Below the pieces are notes generated by a model. That model saw only the letters and a program-made list of their open reading frames with translations, did not search any database and was not told the origin of the DNA. Of a DNA stretch of 64,000 nt, positions 1 to 8,857 are shown piece by piece. This stretch comes from Sphingomonas sp. UBA978 (GTDB lineage Bacteria; Pseudomonadota; Alphaproteobacteria; Sphingomonadales; Sphingomonadaceae): contig NZ_DBBS01000018.1 in the NCBI RefSeq assembly GCF_002292295.1, positions 181,065-245,064 on the forward strand, in the 5' to 3' direction. Positions within the stretch are counted from its first letter, which is position 1. The number at the start of each line of letters is the position of its first letter. The position numbers were made by a program, and so were the translations under genes.

Positions 1-84
1 CGCGCGATCCCAGTCGAGGAACCGGCGGAGCAGCGCCAGCGCGTCCTTGATGCTATCGACGTGGGATTGCGCTTCGGCGCGCAT
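1..84 (-). CDS. prfB: peptide chain release factor 2, N-terminal fragment (gene runs off the left edge)
   Basis: Minus-strand ATG at 84-82 opens MRAEAQSHVDSIKDALALLRRFLDWDRA and continues past position 1. It resembles the conserved RF2 N-terminus (L..LDWD) and sits in the usual position downstream of PBP1A. It is too short for the ORF track. Confidence 0.55.
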   Translation of the reverse strand, partial: MRAEAQSHVDSIKDALALLRRFLDWDRA

Positions 85-140
85 GGAAACTCTCCGGTAA
101 GATCGGGTTGGGCGGGAAAGCGCCTATATAGGAAGCGGCG

Positions 141-2657
141 CTAGTAGATTCCGCCTTCCTTTTGCAAGAAATCGCTGTCGCGCGGGGTTTCCGCCCGCTT
201 TGCTGCGACCGTCGCGGTCGCGGCGGGGGCCGGTCCGCGGCGGATCGCGCGGCGCGGCTCGCTCTGCGGCTTGAACGCCTCCCAGATCACGCCCGCCTTG
301 GGATCGGTGTCGGTCGGGAAGGTGCCGTAGACCGGCCGGCCGCTGCCGCGATCGATCCGCACCATGCGGATGCCCGGCGGCGCGCGGAACGGCAGCTTCT
401 CCAGCCCGTCATAGGCCTTGACCGCGAACGCCTTGAAGATCGGCGCGGCGAAGGTGCCGCCCTGCGCATAGCCGCCGAGGTTGGTCGGCGTATCGTAGCC
501 GACGTAGAGTCCGCCGACGAACTGCGGCGTGCCGCCGACGAACCAGACGTCGGTCGGACCGGTGGTGGTGCCGGTCTTGCCGAACATCGGCCGGTCGAGA
601 TCGCGCAGCACCACCGCGGTGCCGCGCTGGATCACGCCTTCGGTGATGTGCACCATCTGATACGCCGTCATCGCATCGATCACCTGCCGGGTGCGGTCGC
701 CCGGCCGCGGCATCTGCCGGCCGTTCCAGTCCTTCGCGTTGCACCCGTCGCAGCCGCGCCAGTTCTCGGGCAGGATCACCTTGCCGTGCCGGTCCTGGAC
801 GAAGTCGATCAGCGTCGGATTGTGCGCGCGCCCCTGGTTGGCGAGCGTCGCATAGGCGTTGACCATGCGCGTCACCGTGGTGACGCCGGCGCCCAGCGCA
901 TTGGCGAGATAGGGCTGGTAATCGCCCACCCCCATCCGCTTCATCGTGTCGACGACCCTGGGCATGCCGGTGGTCGCGGCGGCGCGGACCGTCATCAGGT
1001 TGCGCGACTGTTCGATGCCCCAGCGCATCGTGTGCGGCCCCGCCGCGCGCATGTTGCCGAAGTTGCGGAAGCATTTCTGCCCCAGCCGCGCGCCCTGATA
1101 GACGCAGAACGGCCCGTCGACGATGATCGATGCCGGGGTCATGCCGTTCTCGAGCGCGGCGGAATAGACGATCGGCTTGATCGTCGATCCGGGCTGGCGC
1201 AGCGCCTGCGTCGCGCGGTTGAACGCCGCCAGCCGGCTGTCGAAGCCGCCCTGCATCGCCAGCACGCGTCCCGTCGCCGGCTCCTCGACGACGAAGCCGC
1301 CGGAGATCCTCGGCACCGAGCGCAGCGCATAGACGTCGCCTTCGGGCGCGACCGCGAGGATATCGCCCGCCTTGATCGCGGCGAAGCTGGTGCCGCCCTT
1401 GCCCCGCACCGGCATCTGCGCCGCCCGGCGCGGCAGCGTCCCGGTCCTGCCGTCGGCGAAGCCGATGCTCCACGCATCGCCGTCGCGCGTGATCGCGATG
1501 CCCGCGCGCCAGTCGCGATAATCGAGGCCGATGTTGGTGTTGAGCAGCGGCTGCAACCACGCGCCGTCCTCCCCCAGATCGACGTGGCGCAGCGGCCCCG
1601 ACCAGCCGCGCCCGCGATCGTAGCGGAGCAGGCCGTCGCGCAGCGCCTCGGCGGCGAGGTCCTGCAACCGCGTGTCGAGCGAGCTGCGCACCCACAGGCC
1701 GCCCTGATAGACGCCATAGGGTCCGTCGCGCGCCGTCTCGCCGAACTTGTCGATCAGCTGGCGGCGCACCTCCTCGACGAAATAGCCGCCGACCCGCTCG
1801 AACTTCGGCGTCCGGCGCAGGATCGTGCCGAGCGGCTCGCCGACCGCCGCATCGTGCTGCGCGCGGGTGATGAAGCCGTTGCGCAGCATCTCGCCGAGCA
1901 CGTAGTTGCGCCGCTCCATCGCGCGTTCGGGATGGCGGACGGGATCGTAGTTCGACGGCCCCTTGGGCAGGATCGCCAGATAGGCGAGCTGCGCCAGATC
2001 GAGTTCGTCGAGCTCCTTGTCGAAATAGGCGTGGCTCGCCGCCTCGACCCCGAAGGCGTTGCGGCCGAGCGCGATCTGGTTGAGGTAGAGTTCGAGGATC
2101 TGCGGCTTGGTCAGCGTATCCTCGATCTTATAGGCGAGGATCGCCTCCTTCAGCTTGCGCGTCGGCGAATATTCGTTGTTGATGAGCAGGTTCTTCACCA
2201 CCTGCTGGGTGATCGTCGATCCGCCCTTGGCACGGCGGCCGGTGCCGAATTTCTGCGCATAGTCGATCACCGCACCGGCGAGGCCGGGATAATCGACGCC
2301 GTGATGCTCGAAGAACGTCTTGTCCTCCGCCGCCAGGAAGGCGCGGACCAGCATCGGCGGATATTCCGCATAGCTCAGCTCGACGCGGCGTTCGCGGGCA
2401 TAGGACTGGATCGGCGTGCCGTCGATGCCGCGCACGTTGGTCGGCAGCGGCGGTTCGTAGGTGCGCAGCTGATCGACCGACGGCAGCCCGCGCAGGATCG
2501 TCACCCACAGCACGCCATAGCCGATCAGCGCCAGCCCGGCGAGGATCGCCAGCCCCTTCACCCACCAGCGCGCCCACGACCGGCGCGCGAACCCGCGGAG
2601 TCCGCCATTGTCGCGGAATACGGAGAAACGGGAGGTGCGGGGAGCTTCGGACGCCAT
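141..2657 (-). CDS. mrcA: penicillin-binding protein 1A (bifunctional glycosyltransferase/transpeptidase)
   Basis: From ORF 141..2729. It has glycosyltransferase motifs EDKTFFEHHGVD and GGSTITQQ and transpeptidase motifs STIKP (SxxK), SRN and KTGTT, plus an N-terminal TM anchor. I trimmed the start to MASEAP (2657); 2729 is also possible. Confidence 0.92.
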   Translation of the reverse strand: MASEAPRTSRFSVFRDNGGLRGFARRSWARWWVKGLAILAGLALIGYGVLWVTILRGLPSVDQLRTYEPPLPTNVRGIDGTPIQSYARERRVELSYAEYPPMLVRAFLAAEDKTFFEHHGVDYPGLAGAVIDYAQKFGTGRRAKGGSTITQQVVKNLLINNEYSPTRKLKEAILAYKIEDTLTKPQILELYLNQIALGRNAFGVEAASHAYFDKELDELDLAQLAYLAILPKGPSNYDPVRHPERAMERRNYVLGEMLRNGFITRAQHDAAVGEPLGTILRRTPKFERVGGYFVEEVRRQLIDKFGETARDGPYGVYQGGLWVRSSLDTRLQDLAAEALRDGLLRYDRGRGWSGPLRHVDLGEDGAWLQPLLNTNIGLDYRDWRAGIAITRDGDAWSIGFADGRTGTLPRRAAQMPVRGKGGTSFAAIKAGDILAVAPEGDVYALRSVPRISGGFVVEEPATGRVLAMQGGFDSRLAAFNRATQALRQPGSTIKPIVYSAALENGMTPASIIVDGPFCVYQGARLGQKCFRNFGNMRAAGPHTMRWGIEQSRNLMTVRAAATTGMPRVVDTMKRMGVGDYQPYLANALGAGVTTVTRMVNAYATLANQGRAHNPTLIDFVQDRHGKVILPENWRGCDGCNAKDWNGRQMPRPGDRTRQVIDAMTAYQMVHITEGVIQRGTAVVLRDLDRPMFGKTGTTTGPTDVWFVGGTPQFVGGLYVGYDTPTNLGGYAQGGTFAAPIFKAFAVKAYDGLEKLPFRAPPGIRMVRIDRGSGRPVYGTFPTDTDPKAGVIWEAFKPQSEPRRAIRRGPAPAATATVAAKRAETPRDSDFLQKEGGIY

Positions 2658-2856
2658 GATACTGGGGTCGGCGTGTAGCAGGTTCGGGGCGGGTTGCCAC
2701 CCTCGGGGCGTCGACGAACCCTGGCGCACTCACCTCCCGTTCAGCCGCGCCCCCTACAGCCCGTCGCATGCCAGCCTGCATTCGCCGTTTAGCCGTGACC
2801 TGTCCCACGGCCATGCCTATGCTGCGATCCGTGCCACCCCTCACCGGTCCCTCGAC

Positions 2857-4206
2857 ATGAAGCGCCTCGCCCTCGCCGCCATCGCCACCCTGCTCGCCGC
2901 GCAGCCGGCGCAGGCGCAGTCGATCCTGCGCGATGCGGAAACCGAGGCGATGTTCGCCGACATGTCGGTGCCGCTGGTCAAGGCCGCCGGCCTCAGCCCG
3001 CGCGACGTCAGGGTCGTCCTCATCAACGACGATTCGATCAACGCCTTCGTCGCCGGCGGGCAGACCGTCTACGTCCATTCCGGCCTGTTGCAGGCGGCGA
3101 CCAACGCCAACCAGGTGCAGGGCGTCATCGCGCACGAACTCGGCCATATCGCCGACGGCCACGTCGTGCTGGCCGATGCGGGCATCAAGCCGGCGATGAA
3201 CATCACTTTGCTGTCGATGGTCCTCGGCCTCGCCGCGATCGCCGCGGGTGCTGGCGAGGCGGGCGCGGGCCTCATGGCGCTCGGCCAGTCCGCCGGCATG
3301 GGCAAATATCTGTCGTTCAGCCGCACGCAGGAATCCGCCGCCGATGCCGCCGGCGCGCGCTACCTGACCACCGCCGGGATCACCGGCAAGGGCATGCTCA
3401 GCTTCTTCAAGACGTTGCAGCAGCAGGAATATCGCTACGGCGTCGAGAATATCGATCCATTCATGCAGACGCACCCGCTGTCGGGGGATCGCATCGCGCA
3501 TCTGACCGCGGACCTGCAGGCCTCGCCGGCGTGGAACAAGCCGTCCGACCCGGCGCTGGAGGAGCGGTTCCGCCGGGTGAAGGCGAAGCTGGAGGGCTAT
3601 GTGATGACGCCCGACCGCACGCTGAAGGATTTCCCGGAAACCGACAGCAGCATCTACGGCCATTATGCCCGCGCCTATGCCTTTCACAAGGCGGGCTACC
3701 CCGACAAGGCGGACGTGGAATCGCTCGCGCTCATCAAGGTCGATCCGAACGATCCCTATTTCCAGGAGGTTCGCGGCCAGATCCTGCTCGAGGCCGGCCG
3801 CCCGGCGGAAGCGGTCGCGCCGTTGCGCGCCGCGACCGAGGGAACGCGCAACAATGCGCTGATCGCCACCACCTTCGGCCACGCGCTGATCGCGACAGAG
3901 AACAAGGCCAATTACCCCGAGGCGATCCGGGTGCTGCGCGTCGCCACCGGCCGCGACGACGAAAACCCCTTCGCCTGGTACCAACTTGGCACCGCCTATG
4001 AACTGACCGGCGACACCGCCCGCGCCGCGCTCGCCACCGCCGAGCGCGCCAGCATGAACGGCGACCACCGCACCGCCGCGCAGAGCGCGCGCTACGCACT
4101 CGCCAATATCCCCGCCAACACGTCCGACTGGATCCGCGCGCAGGACATCGCGATGGCCGCGCAGAACGACATGGACGACAACCCGAAGAAGTATAAGAAA
4201 CGGTGA
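2857..4206 (+). CDS. M48 family metallopeptidase with C-terminal TPR region (BepA/YfgC-like)
   Basis: From ORF 2608..4206. The start is taken at MKRLALAAIATLLAAQPAQAQ, a signal peptide. It has the HExxH motif HELGHIADGH, and the C-terminal half is TPR-like. Confidence 0.85.
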   Translation: MKRLALAAIATLLAAQPAQAQSILRDAETEAMFADMSVPLVKAAGLSPRDVRVVLINDDSINAFVAGGQTVYVHSGLLQAATNANQVQGVIAHELGHIADGHVVLADAGIKPAMNITLLSMVLGLAAIAAGAGEAGAGLMALGQSAGMGKYLSFSRTQESAADAAGARYLTTAGITGKGMLSFFKTLQQQEYRYGVENIDPFMQTHPLSGDRIAHLTADLQASPAWNKPSDPALEERFRRVKAKLEGYVMTPDRTLKDFPETDSSIYGHYARAYAFHKAGYPDKADVESLALIKVDPNDPYFQEVRGQILLEAGRPAEAVAPLRAATEGTRNNALIATTFGHALIATENKANYPEAIRVLRVATGRDDENPFAWYQLGTAYELTGDTARAALATAERASMNGDHRTAAQSARYALANIPANTSDWIRAQDIAMAAQNDMDDNPKKYKKR

Positions 4207-4916
4207 CACGCTATACCCTGCCGCTGATCGCGGTGCTCGGTGCGGTGATCGGCGCCGGCGCCGTCTGGAGCTACGACCGTTTCGCGGCCCCCGGCGGCGC
4301 GGATCGCATGCGGATCGAGCGCGTCGTCCACGATTACGTGCTCGCGCATCCCGAGATCATCCCGCAGGCGATGCAGAAATTGCAGGACCAGCAATCGGGG
4401 CAGGCGGTCGCTGCGAACCGCGACGCGATCACCACGCCGTTCGGCAGCGCCTGGGCCGGCAATCCCAAGGGCGACGTTACGCTAGTCGAATATTTCGATT
4501 ACAATTGCGGCTATTGCCGCGCGTCGCTGCCGCTGATCGCCGACCTGATCCGGCGCGATCCCAAGCTGCGCGTCGTCTATCGCGACCTGCCGATCCTGTC
4601 CGACGAAAGCCGCATCGCCGCGCGCGCCAGCCTCGCGGCGGCGCAGCAGGGCAAGTTCCAGGGCTTCCACGACGCGCTTTATGCGGGCGGGCCGGTCAGC
4701 GACGCCTCGATCAAGGGGGCAGCGGCGAAGTCCGGCGTATCGCTCGCCGCGATCGACGTGGCGACGGTGGATGCCGAGATCGCCAAGAACATGCAGACCG
4801 CCGCGAAGCTCGGCATGAACGGCACGCCGAGCTGGGTGGTCGGCGACCGAATCCTGTCGGGCGCGCTGCCGATCGAGGAGATCGAGAAAGCGATCGCCGC
4901 GGCGCGGGGGGCGTAG
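4203..4916 (+). CDS. DsbA-family thiol:disulfide oxidoreductase, membrane-anchored, CGYC active site
   Basis: GTG start overlaps the M48 stop (GTGA at 4203-4206). It has an N-terminal hydrophobic anchor, a thioredoxin-fold motif FDYNCGYC, and a DsbA-like C-terminus (GTPSWVVG). Confidence 0.85.
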   Translation: MTRYTLPLIAVLGAVIGAGAVWSYDRFAAPGGADRMRIERVVHDYVLAHPEIIPQAMQKLQDQQSGQAVAANRDAITTPFGSAWAGNPKGDVTLVEYFDYNCGYCRASLPLIADLIRRDPKLRVVYRDLPILSDESRIAARASLAAAQQGKFQGFHDALYAGGPVSDASIKGAAAKSGVSLAAIDVATVDAEIAKNMQTAAKLGMNGTPSWVVGDRILSGALPIEEIEKAIAAARGA

Positions 4917-4965
4917 GGGCGCCGGGGCACAGGAGCGTACCTTATGTCGTCATCACTCCCTCTTT

Positions 4966-5068
4966 CGTCATCCCGGCGAACGCCGGGACCCATGGTTGCT
5001 ATGAACGAGCGGTGACGCAGACCATCAGCAGCTCGCCCCCATGGGTCCCGGCGTTCGCCGGGATGACG
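4966..5068. repeat. REP-like inverted pair (unit cgtcatcccggcgaacgccgggacccatgg, its reverse complement ~45 bp away)
   Basis: The forward unit is at 4966-4994 and the reverse unit at 5039-5068. Each unit contains its own hairpin (cccggcg-aa-cgccggg). The same unit recurs at 7631-7734, and a variant at 17402-17495. Confidence 0.85.
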
Positions 5069-5142
5069 GGATCAAAGGGTCGAAGCCCCCCCTAGCCTTC
5101 CCCCACCCCACCCCCTATCTCCCGCGCCACAAGGGGACTCCC

Positions 5143-6072
5143 ATGCCAGAACCGATCCTCGCCATCGCTGGCGTGTCCAAGACGTACAAGGGTGGCTTCA
5201 CCGCGCTCCATCAGGTTGACCTGACGATCAACAAGGGTGAAATCTTCGCGCTGCTCGGCCCCAACGGCGCGGGCAAGACGACGCTCATCAGCATCGTCTG
5301 CGGGATCGTCACGCCCTCGACCGGAACGATCGCCGTCGCCGGCCACGATGCACTGACCGATTACAAGGCGGCCCGCCGCATGATCGGCCTCGTCCCGCAG
5401 GAACTGTCGGTCGACATGTTCGAAACGGTGCTCGCCACCGTCACCTTCTCGCGCCGGCTGTTCGGCCGCTCGGGCCACAGCGCCTATATCGAGCAGGTGC
5501 TGCGCGACCTGTCGCTGTGGGACAAACGCGACGCCAAGATCATGGAGCTGTCCGGCGGGATGAAGCGCCGTGTGCTGATCGCCAAGGCGCTGGCGCACGA
5601 ACCCGACATCCTGTTCCTCGACGAACCCACCGCGGGCGTCGACGTCGCGCTGCGCCGCGACATGTGGAAGCTGGTCCACGGCCTGCGCGAGCGCGGTGTC
5701 ACGATCATCCTCACCACGCATTATATCGAGGAGGCCGAGGAGATGGCCGACCGCGTCGGCGTCATCAACCAGGGCCGGTTGCTGCTGGTCGAGGAGAAGG
5801 CCGCGCTGATGAAGAAGCTCGGCAAGCGCGAGCTCGATCTCACGCTGGTCGATCCGCTCGACGCCGTGCCGCCCGGCCTCGAACGCTGGCAGCTGAGCCT
5901 CGTCAACGAGGGGCGGACGTTGCGCTACGTCTTCGACGCGACCGAGGAGCATACCGGCATCCCGTCGCTGCTGCGCGAACTGGCGGACCGTCATATCGCC
6001 TTCAAGGACCTCGAGACCTCGAAATCGAGCCTTGAGGACATCTTCGTCGATCTCGTGGAGACCCGGGCATGA
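5143..6072 (+). CDS. ABC transporter ATP-binding protein (ABC-2 exporter type)
   Basis: From ORF 5041..6072, trimmed to [13 protein letters not shown] because the upstream part lies in the REP element. Motifs: Walker [10 protein letters not shown], signature LSGGMKRR, Walker B ILFLDEPT. Confidence 0.92.
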   Translation: MPEPILAIAGVSKTYKGGFTALHQVDLTINKGEIFALLGPNGAGKTTLISIVCGIVTPSTGTIAVAGHDALTDYKAARRMIGLVPQELSVDMFETVLATVTFSRRLFGRSGHSAYIEQVLRDLSLWDKRDAKIMELSGGMKRRVLIAKALAHEPDILFLDEPTAGVDVALRRDMWKLVHGLRERGVTIILTTHYIEEAEEMADRVGVINQGRLLLVEEKAALMKKLGKRELDLTLVDPLDAVPPGLERWQLSLVNEGRTLRYVFDATEEHTGIPSLLRELADRHIAFKDLETSKSSLEDIFVDLVETRA

Positions 6073-6832
6073 ACCTCCACGGTATCTGGGCGATCTATCG
6101 CTTCGAAATGGGGCGCGCGCGCTGCGGACGCTGTGGCAGAGCCTCGTTGCGCCCGTGCTCACCACCAGCCTGTATTTCATCGTCTTCGGCGGCGCGATCG
6201 GCAGCCGGATGCAAAGCGTCGATGGCGTCGGCTATGGCAGCTTCATCGTGCCGGGGCTCATCATGCTGTCGCTGCTGACGCAGAGCGTCGGCAACGCCTC
6301 GATCGGCATCTATTTCCCCAAATTCACCGGCACGATCTTCGAACTGCTCTCCGCTCCCGTCTCGGCGATGGAGATGGTGCTGGGCTATGTCGGCGCCGCC
6401 GCGACCAAGTCGGTGGTGCTCGGCGTCATCATCCTGTTGACCTCGTCCTTCTTCGTGCCGATCAGGGTGCTGCATCCGGGCGCGATGGTCGCCTTCCTGT
6501 TGCTGACCGCGGTGGCGTTCAGCCTGTTCGGCTTCATCCTCGGCGTCTGGGCGAAGAGCTTCGAACAGCTCAACTTCGTGCCGATGCTGCTCATCACGCC
6601 GCTGACCTTCCTCGGCGGCAGCTTCTATTCGATCGACATGCTGCCGCCGGCGTGGCGGACGGTGAGCCTGTTCAACCCCGTCGTCTACCTCGTCAGCGGG
6701 TTCCGCTGGAGCTTCTTCGGCAAGGGCGACGTCGATATCGCGGTGAGCCTCGGCGTGACGCTGGGCTTCCTCGTCGCCTGTCTCGCGGTCATCGCCTGGA
6801 TCTTCAAGAGCGGCTGGCGGCTCAAGAACTGA
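6032..6832 (+). CDS. ABC-2 family transporter permease; 5' end apparently frameshifted
   Basis: The body ([22 protein letters not shown] onward, six hydrophobic segments) is a typical ABC-2 permease. The conserved N-terminus [14 protein letters not shown] is in another frame (ATG 6069, ATGA-coupled to the ATPase stop). The two frames meet at a (GC)5 run at 6113-6122. The open frame from 6032 is intact, so the product may still be made. Confidence 0.8.
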   Translation: MRTSSSISWRPGHEPPRYLGDLSLRNGARALRTLWQSLVAPVLTTSLYFIVFGGAIGSRMQSVDGVGYGSFIVPGLIMLSLLTQSVGNASIGIYFPKFTGTIFELLSAPVSAMEMVLGYVGAAATKSVVLGVIILLTSSFFVPIRVLHPGAMVAFLLLTAVAFSLFGFILGVWAKSFEQLNFVPMLLITPLTFLGGSFYSIDMLPPAWRTVSLFNPVVYLVSGFRWSFFGKGDVDIAVSLGVTLGFLVACLAVIAWIFKSGWRLKN

Positions 6833-7538
6833 GTCGCCGCCGCAGCCGAGCGCTCAGCGCCGGACGCAGCACGAGCGCGTTGACGTCGACCAGCGCATGC
6901 ACCGCGATCGGCAGCCAGAGCGCGCCGCTGCCCATGTAGAGCGCGGTCAGCAGCGCGCCGCCGATCGTGTTGGCGGCGACCCCGGCCGAGCCCTGATAGC
7001 GGTGCATCGCGGCGAAGCAGAGCGTGCCGACGATCACGCCGGCAGTGCCCGATCCGCTCGCCAGCGCGACGATCAGCGGCAGCCACAGGCGGTAGAACAG
7101 CTCCTCCGCCACCCCCGCCGACACCGCCAGCACCGCGGCGGGCCAGAGGTCGGCGTCGCTGGTCGGCAGGATCGACCGCACGTCACCCGCGGTCCACGGT
7201 GCCCGGCCGCGCCGCGCCCGCCACCACGTCAACGCCAGCCCAAGCAGGCTGCCCCCGGCGAGCCCGGCCAGCACCAGCGGGATGCCGATCGATCCCGGCG
7301 GGACGCCGAGATACCAGGCGAGCGGCACGAATTCGGGCGGCAGCTGCGCGGTGCCAGACAGGCGTTGAAGCGCCAGCAGGCCAAGCAGCGCCGGCGCGGC
7401 ATAGCCGAGCCACAGCCCCGACGCCCAGCGCAGATGCCGGGCATGCAGGTCGATCCGCATCCACCCGAACAGCTGGCCACGGCGGAGCAGGACCGCCTGA
7501 TAGGCAAGAGTCAGGACGAGGAGGAGCGCGACGAGCAT
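6822..7538 (-). CDS. CPBP family intramembrane glutamic endopeptidase (CAAX/Abi-type)
   Basis: A polytopic membrane protein with the family motifs EELFYR, FAAMH and HALVD. Its 3' end overlaps the convergent permease by 11 nt. Confidence 0.8.
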   Translation of the reverse strand: MLVALLLVLTLAYQAVLLRRGQLFGWMRIDLHARHLRWASGLWLGYAAPALLGLLALQRLSGTAQLPPEFVPLAWYLGVPPGSIGIPLVLAGLAGGSLLGLALTWWRARRGRAPWTAGDVRSILPTSDADLWPAAVLAVSAGVAEELFYRLWLPLIVALASGSGTAGVIVGTLCFAAMHRYQGSAGVAANTIGGALLTALYMGSGALWLPIAVHALVDVNALVLRPALSARLRRRLSS

Positions 7539-7630
7539 GTGCGGTAGTCAGCCCGGATGCGTGACGAAGTCCATGGGTGATGCGATCGTCACCTTAGCCC
7601 GAACCATCGTCCCGACCTGCCTCCTTTCAC

Positions 7631-7734
7631 CGTCATCCCGGCGAACGCCGGGACCCATGGTTGCGAAGGTCATTGCGTGGCGTGAACCCTCTGCGGCACC
7701 GTGACCGTGGATCCCGGCGTTCGCCGGGATGACG
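7631..7734. repeat. REP-like inverted pair, same family as 4966-5068
   Basis: Unit cgtcatcccggcgaacgccgggacccatgg lies at 7631-7660, with the inverted copy tggatcccggcgttcgccgggatgacg at 7708-7734. The spacer is not conserved with the other copies. Confidence 0.85.
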
Positions 7735-7796
7735 GTGACGACAACGGGAAGGGTCTGGCCGGACGCCGACAGGCATCGACGCTGCCCCGCCCCCAA

Positions 7797-8771
7797 TCAA
7801 TCAGTCCGGTGTTCGCCCTTCACCCAGCGCACGGTGCCGGTCGAGGCGCGCATCACGACGCTTTCGGTGGTCATCTTGCCCTTGCGGCGCTTGACGCCTT
7901 CCAGCAGCGATCCGTCGGTGACGCCGGTCGCGGCGAAGATGCAGTCGCCCTTGGCTAGTTCCTCGAGGTCGTATTGCTTGTCGAGGTCCTCGATGCCCCA
8001 TTTGCGCGCGCGGGCGCGTTCGTCGTCGTTGCGGAACAGCAACCGGCCCTTGAACTGGCCGCCGACGCAGCGCAGCGCCGCGCAGGCGAGCACGCCCTCG
8101 GGCGCGCCGCCCGATCCCATATAGACGTCGATCGTCGTGTCGGGATCGGCGGTCGCGATCACGCCCGCGACGTCGCCGTCGCCGATCAGCATCACGCCGC
8201 AGCCGAGCGCGCGCAGCTCGGCGATCAGCGCCTCGTGGCGCGGCCGGTCGAGCACGCAGGCGATGATCTCGCTCGGCTTGACGCCCTTCGCCGCGGCGAT
8301 CGCCTGGACATTCTCTGTCGGGGTCTTGTCGAGGTCGATGATCCCGGCGGGCAAATTCGGCCCAACCGCGATCTTGTCCATATAAACGTCGGGCGCGTTG
8401 AGCAGCCCGCCCTTTTCGGCGATCGCCAGCACCGCGAGGCTGTTCGGCCCCGCCTTGGCGCAGATCGTCGTCCCTTCCAGCGGGTCGAGCGCGATGTCGA
8501 TCGCCGGGCCGTTGCCGGTGCCGACCTTCTCGCCGATGAACAGCATCGGCGCCTCGTCGCGCTCGCCCTCGCCGATCACCACGGTGCCATCCATGTCGAG
8601 TTCGTTGAGCGCCTCGCGCATCGCCTCGACCGCGGCGGCGTCGGCGGCCTTCTCGTCGCCTCGCCCGGTCAGCGTCGATGCGGCGATCGCGGCCGCTTCG
8701 GTGACGCGCACCATCTCGAGGACGAGGACGCGATCAAGGACCTTACTCGCGTTGAGGCTGGCGTCGGGCAT
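7797..8771 (-). CDS. glpX: class II fructose-1,6-bisphosphatase
   Basis: This is the C-terminal 324 aa of ORF 7797..9848, from MPDASLNASKVLDRVLVLEMVRVTEAAAIA. It is GlpX-like throughout (DPLEGTT, GDGDVAG). The upstream extension is antisense to the porin gene. Confidence 0.9.
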   Translation of the reverse strand: MPDASLNASKVLDRVLVLEMVRVTEAAAIAASTLTGRGDEKAADAAAVEAMREALNELDMDGTVVIGEGERDEAPMLFIGEKVGTGNGPAIDIALDPLEGTTICAKAGPNSLAVLAIAEKGGLLNAPDVYMDKIAVGPNLPAGIIDLDKTPTENVQAIAAAKGVKPSEIIACVLDRPRHEALIAELRALGCGVMLIGDGDVAGVIATADPDTTIDVYMGSGGAPEGVLACAALRCVGGQFKGRLLFRNDDERARARKWGIEDLDKQYDLEELAKGDCIFAATGVTDGSLLEGVKRRKGKMTTESVVMRASTGTVRWVKGEHRTD

Positions 8772-8857
8772 GATATTCCCTCTGTTTAACGTGTATAACA
8801 GATCGATAGGCCGACGCGGCCCGCTTGTCGAGCGACGAACCGCGCTGCCGTAACGGC

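Noticed and set aside
1-84. I looked for the programmed +1 frameshift site (CTT TGA C type) of prfB.
   Set aside because: The visible 28 codons read straight through the region that aligns with the E. coli shift site (RFL-DWD), so no frameshift is apparent. Only a fragment of the gene is in the window, and many lineages lack the shift, so nothing can be concluded.
162-2678. Very long ORFs antisense to recognised genes. Examples: 162..2678(+), 2128..4209(-), 11872..14358(-), 17545..19740(+), 46463..49021(-), 58424..60718(+), 60609..62663(+), 24479..25651(-).
   Set aside because: Each lies opposite a gene with clear conserved motifs. Their products are Arg/Ala/Pro/Gly-rich low-complexity strings with no recognisable domains. 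This is the usual stop-codon-poor shadow-ORF artefact of very GC-rich DNA.
4679-5095. Small ORFs across the REP elements, encoding strings such as [18 protein letters not shown] and DPRLRGDD. Examples: 4679..4993, the 5' part of 5041.., 7548..7796, 7701..7958, 17199..17429, 17375..17713.
   Set aside because: They are translations of the repeated hairpin units in both orientations. The similarity between them is at the nucleotide-repeat level, not evidence of a protein family.
5143-7538. ABC-2 exporter plus a convergent CPBP (Abi-type) protease, considered as a bacteriocin-immunity or abortive-infection-like module.
   Set aside because: There is no bacteriocin precursor, modification enzyme or phage-defence gene nearby. 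The genes are convergent rather than co-transcribed. Both families are common housekeeping envelope components.
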